A DNA stretch of 64,000 nt from a virus. The notes under the pieces are model-generated. The model made no database searches. It was given only the letters and a program-made list of their open reading frames with translations, and was not told the DNA's origin. Shown piece by piece: positions 1 to 9,607 of the stretch. Made by a program: the position numbers and the translations under genes. Every line of letters starts with the position of its first letter. The first letter of the stretch is position 1. The stretch covers positions 38,033-102,032 of IMG/VR virus record IMGVR_UViG_3300045988_094081. One strand, 5' to 3'.

Positions 1-71
1 TTAACGAATATAATTTTATACCGGATGCTTACGGAGATTTAAATGATTTATCAGGCTTATCAAGTTTTACC

Positions 72-1898
72 ATGTACCGTGATGATAGAGGTAGGATGGT
101 TGTGAAAGATAAGTACGATTTTTATAGAAGCGATCAACCTTTTGGTGTTGGGGTTGTTACTAAGACTCTTGATACAATAGGATATCCTTTTGAAATAAGG
201 GATTATGTAGAAGATAAAATCCCATACGAAGAGAATGATCCAAACAAGATCCTGTTTAGATCCATTATTGATTCAAAGAATGATTTGGATAAAAGGATGG
301 AGATAAGATCCAAAAAACAAGGAGGGGATTCTTCTAAGCCGGAAATAGATTGGGATTTATTCAAATCCAAATATGAAAATATGAAGCGTGTGGGTAAGGG
401 TAAGCATCGTACTATGGACGTAGAAGGGATGAATATGATCTATGATGCTTTATATGATAAAGGTTTTAATCAACGCCAGATAGAAGCCGTACTTGGAAAT
501 ATTATTGAAGAATCTGGTGGAAACCCCTACGCTGTATCTGAGGATGGAAAATTTAGGGGACTTTTTCAAGAATATTACAAAAGATATCCGCCAAAAGAGT
601 TTGAAAGAGATAAAGAGAGATTTAAGAGCGATAAGCGTGGATATATCAACTATATGATAGACAGATTTTATGATCATGTTCAAGATGCTGGGAAGTATAG
701 TATAAAAGATACTAAATACAAAAAAGCTATTCATGCAGTAAACGAATTTATGTCAGAAGATCCAGATACGGATTATTCGTATCCACTTGTATATGCTTTT
801 GAAGCTCCATCAGATAAAGAAGGAACTTATAAAAACAGAAAGAGCGTATCAAATTTGATAAGTCAATCTTATGTTTTGGATAATGTTGATAAAAATGATA
901 ATACTATTGTTGATGCTATTCTTGGAATAAAAAATGATCTTGAGCTACAAGACTCTATTTCCACTACAAGAGGTGAAGCCTTTAAAGAAGCCAGGAAAAG
1001 AGGTCTTAAGGAATTTACATGGAATGGAAAGAGATACAATACCAACATCAAGAAGGAAGGTGGCGTAGTTGGCAAACAACGTGAGGCATATGAATACTTT
1101 ACTGATAAAAGAGGCATGTCTAAAATACAGGCTCTCGCCATCATAGGTAACCTCATGGCTGAATCCGGTCTTAAAGATGACATATATGGAGACAACAGAA
1201 CATCATACGGCATACAGCAATGGCATAATGAGCGCATGGATAAGTTGTTCAAGCACGCCAAAAAGAAAGGTCATTCTACACCCACATTCAAAGACCAACT
1301 TGAGTTCTTGGCTGACGAATACGAAGGGAAAACCGGATATTCTAATTTCTTATACACAAGAAAAGGAAAAGAAGGACCAGGGTATTACAACTACAGCCGG
1401 CAGGATTTTATGAACGCCGATAACCTTAAGGATGCTGTAGTAGCTTGGAACCAAGGAGCAGGACGTCCTCATAAGAGTGTTATAAGAAATGATGATCGTT
1501 ATGACTATGCTATGGAAGTTGCTAAAAATCTTGGTTTGGAAATTGAAGAAAATTCCGTATCTTTGTATGGTCAAATGGGATTCGGAGATGATGGAGAAAT
1601 AGCAGCATCGGTAACACTTCCAGAGGTAGAAGTGGCAGCCGCCCTCCCTAACCCGGAAGCTCAGTCCCAGGAGAGACAGTCCGAGGAAGAGAGATTCCGT
1701 ACATGGACTGAAACGTATGGTAAAGACATCGTAAATCATTTACTGACGTTAGACGGGAAAAAGGATGGTGATGACAGTGATTACAGCATGATGTATAGAC
1801 AGCATCAAAAAGAAAGCGAAGAGGATAAGAAAATGGCTTTGATTAATGCCGTGCTTCCCAATATACAACTTCGCATTAAAGGCGTCACTGATAATTAG
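72..1898 (+). CDS. Virion/tail-associated peptidoglycan hydrolase with two tandem lytic-transglycosylase/tail-lysozyme-like domains. The reading frame stays open to the window edge, so the gene may be 5' truncated.
   Basis: Two repeats of a G-N-(I/L)-x-x-E-S-G ... G(L/I)(F/Q)Q motif: GNIIEESGGNPYAV...GLFQ and IIGNLMAESGLKDD...YGIQQW. Glu-Ser is the catalytic dyad signature of SLT/tail-lysozyme folds. There is no in-frame stop upstream of Met72. Confidence 0.6.
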   Translation: MYRDDRGRMVVKDKYDFYRSDQPFGVGVVTKTLDTIGYPFEIRDYVEDKIPYEENDPNKILFRSIIDSKNDLDKRMEIRSKKQGGDSSKPEIDWDLFKSKYENMKRVGKGKHRTMDVEGMNMIYDALYDKGFNQRQIEAVLGNIIEESGGNPYAVSEDGKFRGLFQEYYKRYPPKEFERDKERFKSDKRGYINYMIDRFYDHVQDAGKYSIKDTKYKKAIHAVNEFMSEDPDTDYSYPLVYAFEAPSDKEGTYKNRKSVSNLISQSYVLDNVDKNDNTIVDAILGIKNDLELQDSISTTRGEAFKEARKRGLKEFTWNGKRYNTNIKKEGGVVGKQREAYEYFTDKRGMSKIQALAIIGNLMAESGLKDDIYGDNRTSYGIQQWHNERMDKLFKHAKKKGHSTPTFKDQLEFLADEYEGKTGYSNFLYTRKGKEGPGYYNYSRQDFMNADNLKDAVVAWNQGAGRPHKSVIRNDDRYDYAMEVAKNLGLEIEENSVSLYGQMGFGDDGEIAASVTLPEVEVAAALPNPEAQSQERQSEEERFRTWTETYGKDIVNHLLTLDGKKDGDDSDYSMMYRQHQKESEEDKKMALINAVLPNIQLRIKGVTDN

Positions 1899-1933
1899 AA
1901 CAAGATTGTTTTATTTCTCATATTAATAAAGCG

Positions 1934-2005
1934 AAGCCGGATTTGAGACTCGTTATACGGATACCGAAGGTTGAAGAACGATATCAAGATAATCCGGCTT
2001 TTTTG
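1934..2005 (+). terminator. Hairpin with a 10-bp perfect stem (AAGCCGGATT...AATCCGGCTT) followed by a T6 run, downstream of the lysozyme-domain gene
   Basis: Inverted repeat read directly in the sequence. The loop is long (~47 nt), so the terminator role is tentative. Confidence 0.45.
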
Positions 2006-2159
2006 TGCGATTTCGTGAAGGATGGAACTATCATCGCCTTGGTTGGACGGAACAGACCTACGTACTTTCACTGTCCTGACTGGCATGGACGCTCGTCTCG
2101 CCTACTCCCTGCCTAATTCTCCACTGGCTACCTAATATAACTATTAACGTCACTCCATC

Positions 2160-2332
2160 ACCTATCTCCTTCGTCGATAGGTTCAGTCGTTTTTAAATAT
2201 TATAAGTTCTTTCGCATCGTTCCCTTCGGTCACGATACTCAATCTTTTCACACAATTAGGTAAACAATACAATAGATGGAAAAAGTAATTTGTCAATCCG
2301 TTCACTCACTTAACTCCCTTCGGTCGTTAAGT
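2160..2332 (+). repeat. Three stem-loops with near-identical pyrimidine-rich loops (TCCTTCGTC / TCCCTTCGGTC / TCCCTTCGGTC) but different stem sequences
   Basis: SL-a at 2160-2182 (ACCTATC/GATAGGT), SL-b at 2216-2236 (ATCGT/ACGAT), SL-c at 2308-2332 (ACTTAAC/GTTAAGT). All sit in a 750-nt ORF-free region. Confidence 0.5.
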
Positions 2333-2555
2333 TCATTCACTGTAAACAATTATATGAATAAATGGTAAAGTATATAAAATAATATAAATAATATAATGAG
2401 TAAGATCATTGAAAATGGTCTTAATATTAAGGAAAACGGAGACTATTTATAGGCGTAGTTTTAATTCAAGATTTGTTGTCCCACCCCTGACGGTCAGCCG
2501 TTTACGTTTCGAGCCGTTCTTTTGTCTCTTATCCAAACCGTCATAAAATAAAAAA

Positions 2556-2610
2556 CCTTGTATCCTATTTCTCTCAAACCGGATACAAGGTCGTGCATTT
2601 TCTTCTTTTT
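2556..2610 (+). terminator. 10-bp perfect hairpin (CCTTGTATCC...GGATACAAGG) followed by a T-rich tract
   Basis: Inverted repeat followed by TTTTCTTCTTTTT, read directly. Confidence 0.45.
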
Positions 2611-2621
2611 ATGTAAAATCA

Positions 2622-2629
2622 TATATTTG
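2622..2629 (+). promoter_or_regulatory. Bacteroidota-type -7 promoter box TATATTTG (TAnnTTTG), 20 nt upstream of the ATG at 2650
   Basis: Exact match to TAnnTTTG. Spacing is appropriate for a sigma-ABfr promoter. Confidence 0.5.
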
Positions 2630-2649
2630 CACTAAACAATAAAAACAAT

Positions 2650-3669
2650 ATGGAGACAAAAATAACTGAAATAATAGATCCTCACAAGTTACACGACAAG
2701 CTCTTTAAGAAAGAGCAGGTCTCTCCAATAGAAGTTATATACAATAGCTTCAGCAACTTAGGGTATAATGTAGTACGCCGTCCAGCCGGTCAGTGTTTAG
2801 GCAATTTGAGATATTTTAATCTATTTTATGACAAACATACTCATCATTTCTATCAGAAAGACAGGAAGTTGAGATATTGCAGCAACTTTATCATATCTGA
2901 TTACTGGAAAGATAGAGTGCGATGTTTCGTCGTTTGGAACTTTGGCTTTGGAAGATTTTTTCCGTACAATGACTTTATTGAGGCTATGGTTTATGACTAT
3001 CTCCGATATGGAAGAAAGTCAGTTCCTTATCTTAAAAGCGTGCAAGAGGCTGAAGAAAAGTGTGTAAGGTTCTATATCCGGTCTCAGATAGATATGCTTC
3101 GTAAGGAAGGATATGCCGCCTATAGAGCTAAGTTTAAGGAAGAGCGTCCTCAGTATTTCATTGGAGACGATAGGACGGTGTTTAGATGCCTTGATAGCTC
3201 TTTAAAAAGAGAAGAGAAGATTGCCGCATGCGTAGCCCACAAAAGGGCTTTAAAAGAAGGGATAATGACTTCCTTTATCAATCATCTCAAGAAACATCCT
3301 ACCACCTTATATTCGTGGTTCTCGTCAGAGGTGGACGGTCAAGGAAAGAACAGGCTTTGTCTATCTGAAAAAGCCATTAATTATCTTAATAATAGACTGG
3401 TTCGTAATGGGTTAAAGGCTCTTTCTGCATCATATCTTTTTAGAACGTTTAGAAAAATGGTGAAGACCTTGTTCGGTTCCAATGTCAGGTCGTTTTTGAA
3501 TAGCTGTCTGATGTCTGTTTCAACAGAAGAGGTTTTAACCAAATCTATGAAGAAAATAGTTTCCAAGACGGTGCTGTTTTTGTACAGGAAAGCGCTTAAG
3601 AACTATCGTCGGGCATGTGGCCTTAAGTATGATCCTGATTCTGGTGGTTTGTCTGTCGTACATGATTGA
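2650..3669 (+). CDS. Hypothetical basic protein (339 aa)
   Basis: Long ORF with its own TAnnTTTG promoter. No recognisable motif. Confidence 0.6.
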   Translation: METKITEIIDPHKLHDKLFKKEQVSPIEVIYNSFSNLGYNVVRRPAGQCLGNLRYFNLFYDKHTHHFYQKDRKLRYCSNFIISDYWKDRVRCFVVWNFGFGRFFPYNDFIEAMVYDYLRYGRKSVPYLKSVQEAEEKCVRFYIRSQIDMLRKEGYAAYRAKFKEERPQYFIGDDRTVFRCLDSSLKREEKIAACVAHKRALKEGIMTSFINHLKKHPTTLYSWFSSEVDGQGKNRLCLSEKAINYLNNRLVRNGLKALSASYLFRTFRKMVKTLFGSNVRSFLNSCLMSVSTEEVLTKSMKKIVSKTVLFLYRKALKNYRRACGLKYDPDSGGLSVVHD

Positions 3670-3715
3670 TTTTTAAACGTATCCCATAACGTTGGATTTT
3701 CTCGTTCGTTTCTCT

Positions 3716-3723
3716 TATCTTTG
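3716..3723 (+). promoter_or_regulatory. -7 box TATCTTTG (TAnnTTTG) upstream of the 947-aa gene
   Basis: Exact motif. It overlaps the GTG at 3723, which argues that the real start is the ATG at 3738. Confidence 0.45.
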
Positions 3724-3737
3724 TGAAAAAAGATGGT

Positions 3738-6581
3738 ATGAGATTACGAATCATAAAAAATCGTCCGATATTCGCTCCTGGCGGTAGTGTTCAGGATAAG
3801 AAACAGGATATTAATGTATCCTCTACTCAGTCTATTCTTGATTATGGAACGCCTGTTAATAAATGGGGTGAATCTGATATTCAGAATATATATATGCCTT
3901 CTGATGTGATTTTAGAAACAGAGGAGGGGGAGATAAATCCATTTAGTAGTATGCCTACATCCGATCCGTTTTTTGAAAACAATGATGCAGGATATGCAGG
4001 ATATCTCGCTGATAATAGGGGTATGGTTAAAAACGTAGAGAAATCAGTCGTTGATAATACAATGAATGTAGGTGGTGTTGATGCTGATTCCTCTAAAGAA
4101 AAACGTTCCCAAGATGGTAATCCTCTTGATCCTATGACTACCCCATATTATTCACCCGATCTAACCGGCAGAGCTCAAATGTTCGGTACAAGTCTTGGCC
4201 GGATAAGAGCCGGTAATAAGGTCGGTGCTAATGTGGCTCAAGCTGCCTTGTCTGGTGTTAGTTTAGGATTAGGTCTTACCCGTAATATCATGGGAGCTTC
4301 ATCTGCTGCGTATGCAGCCAGCAGAGACGAGCAGGCAGCGAGGGAAAAACTTGCCAAGGAGCGTCGTCAGCAATTCATCAAGTGGGAACGTGAAGGTGGT
4401 GGCGTGAATTTAGGTAACGGTCAGAAGATGGATACGTCTGATATGACCGGCGAATATATTTATCCTCTTCCCAAGTCTATGGAAGATGCTGCGAATGTAG
4501 AGATAGAGAAAGGCGAGTACGTGCTGACTCCTGACTCCGTAGGGCCTATGGAAGCCAAAGGGAACAGACATGAAAATGGTGGCACTCCGGTTGATTTGCC
4601 AGAGGCTTATATTGTTTCCGATTATCGTAAGATAGATGATGAGTTTGCCTCTTACGTTAGAGAAAATTATGGTATTAAGGCAACGTCAAAAGATACGTAT
4701 GCTACACTCCTTGATCGATATAAGAAGAAGATTGGTTTGTCTGATAAGTACGAAGATCAGGAGCGTGTATATAAGAGATTAGAGAAAAATGAAGATGTAA
4801 AAGACAAAAACACATCTAATCTTAATGCTTCTATTCTTTCCAAGTACGTCAATGAAAACCAGAAAGAGATAGACGAGCTTGAAGCACAATTTCGTTCTTT
4901 CGCTGAAATCGTTTATGGCAAACAGGAAGAATCTAAGCGTAACGAGAAGATGGATGCTTTTTTCAGGGATGGCGGGGTTGTTGATCTGAATCAGGTAAAG
5001 AAACAAGCTAAGGCTTTTAATATTGCAGAATCAGATGCTAAGAACTGGATATATGACGAGTATGTTAAGCAAACCAGGAAAATGGCTGAAGGTGGACCTA
5101 CTCAGAAGGAGCTGGAGGAACTTAGAAAGAATGCTATCGGCTACAATAAGCTTATCAATCAGTTATTTGGACGAACTCTTAATATGACTGTATCTGATGT
5201 TAGTGGTCGTGAGCAGATTCTTAATCCTGATTCCAGTGTCAATGCCAACCAGAATCTCCAACATAGAAGCAATTTAGGATACGGCAGGGTAAATGATAAG
5301 GCGGTATCTAATTTGCTCGACATAAACCGATGGGCTAACAAGTACAATACGGATGGTGATTTTGATACAGAAGGTTTCCAGAAAGGATACAACAGGCAAT
5401 TAAATGCATTGTGGGCGTTAGCTGATGTAGGTGCTATCACGAATGCTGATGCAGCCAAGAAATTCAGAGATGAGTACGGATTCTGGGGCCAGGATGCCGG
5501 AAGCTACGGAGGTAATCAGGCTTATAATTCATTTGCCGTAGATGATAAGTTTGGTCAGACAACAGCCACCCGTTCTTATTATGGATTGGACGTTGTTTCG
5601 GCAGAGCAAAAAAGATTGTTAAACGAAAAAGGGATAAAGAATTATGTTGACTTATTTGGTGATAAATCTGATGCCGCTAAGAAGATTCTGGGCTCCGATT
5701 ATAATAAGTTTGTTGCTTTAAGAGATAGTGGGTTAATGCCGGAAATAGACTTCGTTCTTGAGTCTGTTAAACCAGAAATGAAGCCTATTGAGGCCGGTCC
5801 CATAGCACCAGACCTTACACCGCCTAAGATTGGATCTCCTGGAAGGATAGAGGTAAAACCGAAAGCAAGTACGCCTGCGACTGCAACCGACACCGATACA
5901 GAGGAGGTGGTTGAAGACAACGGACCTAAAGGACAGGGCAGACCGGAGGCGTTCGGTCCTATCTTCCCGGAAATGCTAAGAACCCTTGACACTGGCTTGG
6001 AGATAGAAGGCCTGGAAAGACATCAGGCTCCGAGAATAGACCCGGTTCTTCAATCTGCTGATCAGTATATCAACGAGCTCAACCGTGCGACATCGGCTCA
6101 GTTAGACGCAGTAGGTGACGTGCCCGACTCCCAGCGGGCTGCTATTCTGGCTAATATGAACGCCATAGCTGGAAGCAATATAGCCAAGTATGTTAATGAA
6201 GTAAATTTCAATAACGCAAGGCAAATAAACGAAGCTGATAGGTTTAATGAAATGGCTTATGTTCAGACAGATGATAAGAACATAGCAGAAAGGCAACGTT
6301 ATGAATCTGGGTTGTTGAAAGCTATGGCTATAAGGGATGAAAATCTTGCTCGTTATTATGATAGTATAAACAGCGAGATACAGAATAAGTTTAATGTTCG
6401 TACATCGTTGAATACCATAGCTTCCATAGCCCCGAATATGAGAATGCTTCCAAGTGGTCAAATTATTTACGTTCAAGGCAATCAGGATGTGATGAATATG
6501 GGTGATTATTCTACACCTTATTTGAAGAGCTTGGAGGATGATGAAGAAGATAAATATAAAAAGAGAAGGAGAAATAGCTGA
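3738..6581 (+). CDS. Large virion-associated protein (about 947 aa). Function unknown; possibly a structural or ejection protein.
   Basis: The ORF-track start at 3723 is a GTG inside the -7 box, and the first ATG is at 3738. The stop overlaps the next gene's start (TGATG), indicating translational coupling. Confidence 0.65.
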   Translation: MRLRIIKNRPIFAPGGSVQDKKQDINVSSTQSILDYGTPVNKWGESDIQNIYMPSDVILETEEGEINPFSSMPTSDPFFENNDAGYAGYLADNRGMVKNVEKSVVDNTMNVGGVDADSSKEKRSQDGNPLDPMTTPYYSPDLTGRAQMFGTSLGRIRAGNKVGANVAQAALSGVSLGLGLTRNIMGASSAAYAASRDEQAAREKLAKERRQQFIKWEREGGGVNLGNGQKMDTSDMTGEYIYPLPKSMEDAANVEIEKGEYVLTPDSVGPMEAKGNRHENGGTPVDLPEAYIVSDYRKIDDEFASYVRENYGIKATSKDTYATLLDRYKKKIGLSDKYEDQERVYKRLEKNEDVKDKNTSNLNASILSKYVNENQKEIDELEAQFRSFAEIVYGKQEESKRNEKMDAFFRDGGVVDLNQVKKQAKAFNIAESDAKNWIYDEYVKQTRKMAEGGPTQKELEELRKNAIGYNKLINQLFGRTLNMTVSDVSGREQILNPDSSVNANQNLQHRSNLGYGRVNDKAVSNLLDINRWANKYNTDGDFDTEGFQKGYNRQLNALWALADVGAITNADAAKKFRDEYGFWGQDAGSYGGNQAYNSFAVDDKFGQTTATRSYYGLDVVSAEQKRLLNEKGIKNYVDLFGDKSDAAKKILGSDYNKFVALRDSGLMPEIDFVLESVKPEMKPIEAGPIAPDLTPPKIGSPGRIEVKPKASTPATATDTDTEEVVEDNGPKGQGRPEAFGPIFPEMLRTLDTGLEIEGLERHQAPRIDPVLQSADQYINELNRATSAQLDAVGDVPDSQRAAILANMNAIAGSNIAKYVNEVNFNNARQINEADRFNEMAYVQTDDKNIAERQRYESGLLKAMAIRDENLARYYDSINSEIQNKFNVRTSLNTIASIAPNMRMLPSGQIIYVQGNQDVMNMGDYSTPYLKSLEDDEEDKYKKRRRNS

Positions 6582-9500
6582 TGGCTTCACAATATAGTAT
6601 TTTAAGGCAATATGCCCCGTATGTTAGTCCTTACAACATAGATCTTGTTAAGGACGTCATGATGTACAAACAGCAGAAGGTTGATGCTGCTCGTGAAAAG
6701 ATCTATACCCAGGTAGATTATCTTATGGGTCAAGAGATAGATAAGCCTGAAGCCCGCGCTTATATGGAAGATAAGATGTCAGGTGTGATTGCTAACATCA
6801 ATCAAAAATTCAAAGGCGTGGATCTTTCTTCTGATGGTGTTACGAGAGCCATACAAGGAGAGATCAGTTCGGTGTTGGATGATACGGTCATTAACGCGAT
6901 TGCCGGCACAAAAGAAGGCAGGAGAATGCATAAAATGCTATCTGATTTACAAATAAATAATCCAGAACTTTATTCTGCTGCGAATGCTTATGCGGCTTTA
7001 AAGCCGTATAATGAATGGGTGAATGATGGAAAGGCTGGTTCCCGTCTTGCTCCTCTTCAATATACTCCTTATACTGATTATAATAAGGAATTAAAAGATA
7101 GGATAGATTTTATAAGCAAGCTTCATAAAGGAGCTAAAGTTCAGATTCCTATTCTTGACAAGGATGGTCATCCTACCGGGGCAGTACAAGAAGTAACTAA
7201 GGATATGCTTACTCCTGAACAGATAGCTTCTTTTGCATTGTCAGGGTTATCAGATAAAGCAAGGCAGCAGATGCAGGTGGAGGCTATTTACATGGTAGAC
7301 TCTAATCCCTCTTTATATTCGTATGATTCTGTTCTTGGTTTTATGAATAAGCAGATAAGTGATAAGCAGAGGTATGTTGATGCTCTTACTGCCGATCTTT
7401 CCGGTTTGGGTTCTGATCCTGCAAAGAAAGAAATGGTTGAAAATGAAATAAAGAGAGCCAAATCTGAAATAGCTTCCATGAAATCTGAATTTAGCAGAAT
7501 GGATGAAAGGGCTTACGATCCGTATCTTGGAGCGATGAAGGTTATTGAAAATAATTTTATTAATAATGCTGCTGCTTCATATGCTTATGATAATTCGTCT
7601 TTCATAATCAAAGCCGACGAGCTTTACTGGAAAACCAAAGAATATAATCAGAGGGAAAGATTAGCTAATTTGAATTTCGAAAAATGGAAGATAGAATTTG
7701 AATATGAAAGAAATAGGGATATTGCAGAGTTTGAATATGGTAAGAATAAGGATGAAGCCAGATTTGGATTAGACGAAGAACGTCTGAAGATGCAGAATAG
7801 GCTTAATGAAGCCAGAATAGCAAAACTTATGTCCTCTGGTGCAGGAGCGGCAGGCGGCAGAGCTGGAAGCCGAGCCATGCAGGTGGGCGTTGGCACAAAC
7901 TCTGGTGGAACTATTTCAGCTAATCCTATCGAAACTAAAAATATTAGCATATCAGAAGAAACTCATAAGAAGTTTAATAAGGCATATACAGATCTTGTAA
8001 CATCCGGAAGTAGACTATCTACAGCCCTTGGTGCTGAAAACATGAAAAATATTCAAGCTGCCATATCAAGAAATATGACGGATGAAACATCAGGATACAA
8101 GTATCTTATGGATGAAGAAAAACTTCTTAAGTATATAAAGGACAATGGAGGTCTCTCTAATGATATGTTTGACAAGCTACCTATGGCAGAGAGAAAAGCT
8201 GCCACAGATGCTTATATGCAGCTTAATAGCGCTGTAGACAAGATGGATATAGAGAATGATAGAATTAAGAAGGAGAATAAGATTTATGATAATATTGTAT
8301 CTGAAATAGCAAATGCGATCGCGCAGAAGGAAGGAGGTAAACCCGAAGAATATATAGCCTATGCTACAGCGTTATCCCTTAATGATATTTTAAGAAAAAA
8401 TAGAGGTACAGTCGGCGATGTAGAATCTGGAGTAAGATATTATGAAAAAGGATTCTCGCCTGCTGATATAGCTACTATAAGAAAGAGGGTGAAAAATGAT
8501 GGCATTGATTTATCTAAAGTATTTGAGAGGGATAGCAAAAGTGGCAGGTATTTCTTAAAAAAATACGATGATGTAAAAAATAGTTTCTCGGATGGTGAAG
8601 AAAAGGTGTTTTTTAATACACTGTATTCTATTAGCGGAATGGAGAGCGTTGGAGGTGATGTAGTAAGCGATATTAATATAGCCAATCAAATAACTAAGGT
8701 TCAAGATGATGGTATAAATGAGATACGTAAAGAATATCTCGAACTGTATTCACCTAACACAGTAACGTATTCAACCAAATTAACCTCCAAGGAGGCTGGT
8801 TATAGAGAGATGGGTGTTCTCAGGGATCTATTTACTAAAAAAATGGCAGAGCATCCTGTTGGTAAATCTAAATCATCATCGGCAACTATTGAATCATTTT
8901 CTTTGACAGAATCGGGAATAGCCGACAATGGAGAGAAGACTTACAGTTTGGTTGCTAATCATACTGGTGAAAGAGAGGAAATAGATATTGTTGAGGTATC
9001 TGAAACAGAGTTGATAAATAATGGCATAGATCCTGGTATTAATACTCCTTCCGTCGATATAGGTGGATATGAAAGTGGTATTATAAGACCTACATTTGGA
9101 AGTGATACCAATATGTGGTATCCGAAGATGCTTGAAAATTCAGATATATCACCCGCTTATGCTTCTGTATCTTCAATGATGAAAGTGTTATCAGATATGA
9201 TAAATGAATCTGGTAATAATTTAGATGATATGCCAGAACAAAAGGTTTGGCTTCTTAATGCAGCTAAAGATATATTGGATAACAGTGGAAAGCTTGGTGT
9301 AAAGGTTGAAGGTTATGATCCTAAGACAAGTTACGGTTATGGATATGAGACAAGGCTTTATCTTATGGAGAATGGTAAACCTGAGTTAATAGATTCGTTT
9401 GATACTCCTAATGTATGGTTTGCGGATAATGTGTCTAAAGAACTTGCTGTTGCGCCTCAGAAAAAAATAGTTGATTTTGTTGTGGCAGCCATAACAGAGG

Positions 9501-9604
9501 AGATTAAGGATATGGTGGCGGCAAAAGAAGGAGGTAATTTACCTGCGTCTTTGAATAAAAACGGCAAGTTGATGAAGTTGTTGAATAGTGTAAATAGGGA
9601 ATAA
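6581..9604 (+). CDS. Large virion-associated protein (1007 aa), function unknown
   Basis: Long ORF, translationally coupled to the upstream gene and same strand as the giant genes. Confidence 0.65.
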   Translation: MASQYSILRQYAPYVSPYNIDLVKDVMMYKQQKVDAAREKIYTQVDYLMGQEIDKPEARAYMEDKMSGVIANINQKFKGVDLSSDGVTRAIQGEISSVLDDTVINAIAGTKEGRRMHKMLSDLQINNPELYSAANAYAALKPYNEWVNDGKAGSRLAPLQYTPYTDYNKELKDRIDFISKLHKGAKVQIPILDKDGHPTGAVQEVTKDMLTPEQIASFALSGLSDKARQQMQVEAIYMVDSNPSLYSYDSVLGFMNKQISDKQRYVDALTADLSGLGSDPAKKEMVENEIKRAKSEIASMKSEFSRMDERAYDPYLGAMKVIENNFINNAAASYAYDNSSFIIKADELYWKTKEYNQRERLANLNFEKWKIEFEYERNRDIAEFEYGKNKDEARFGLDEERLKMQNRLNEARIAKLMSSGAGAAGGRAGSRAMQVGVGTNSGGTISANPIETKNISISEETHKKFNKAYTDLVTSGSRLSTALGAENMKNIQAAISRNMTDETSGYKYLMDEEKLLKYIKDNGGLSNDMFDKLPMAERKAATDAYMQLNSAVDKMDIENDRIKKENKIYDNIVSEIANAIAQKEGGKPEEYIAYATALSLNDILRKNRGTVGDVESGVRYYEKGFSPADIATIRKRVKNDGIDLSKVFERDSKSGRYFLKKYDDVKNSFSDGEEKVFFNTLYSISGMESVGGDVVSDINIANQITKVQDDGINEIRKEYLELYSPNTVTYSTKLTSKEAGYREMGVLRDLFTKKMAEHPVGKSKSSSATIESFSLTESGIADNGEKTYSLVANHTGEREEIDIVEVSETELINNGIDPGINTPSVDIGGYESGIIRPTFGSDTNMWYPKMLENSDISPAYASVSSMMKVLSDMINESGNNLDDMPEQKVWLLNAAKDILDNSGKLGVKVEGYDPKTSYGYGYETRLYLMENGKPELIDSFDTPNVWFADNVSKELAVAPQKKIVDFVVAAITEEIKDMVAAKEGGNLPASLNKNGKLMKLLNSVNRE

Positions 9605-9607
9605 TAT

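Noticed and set aside
450-1739. Minus-strand ORFs (450..734, 869..1261, 1350..1739) inside the lysozyme-domain gene
   Set aside because: They are antisense to a long motif-bearing + strand gene, have low-complexity hydrophobic translations, and do not fit the strand-consistent block.
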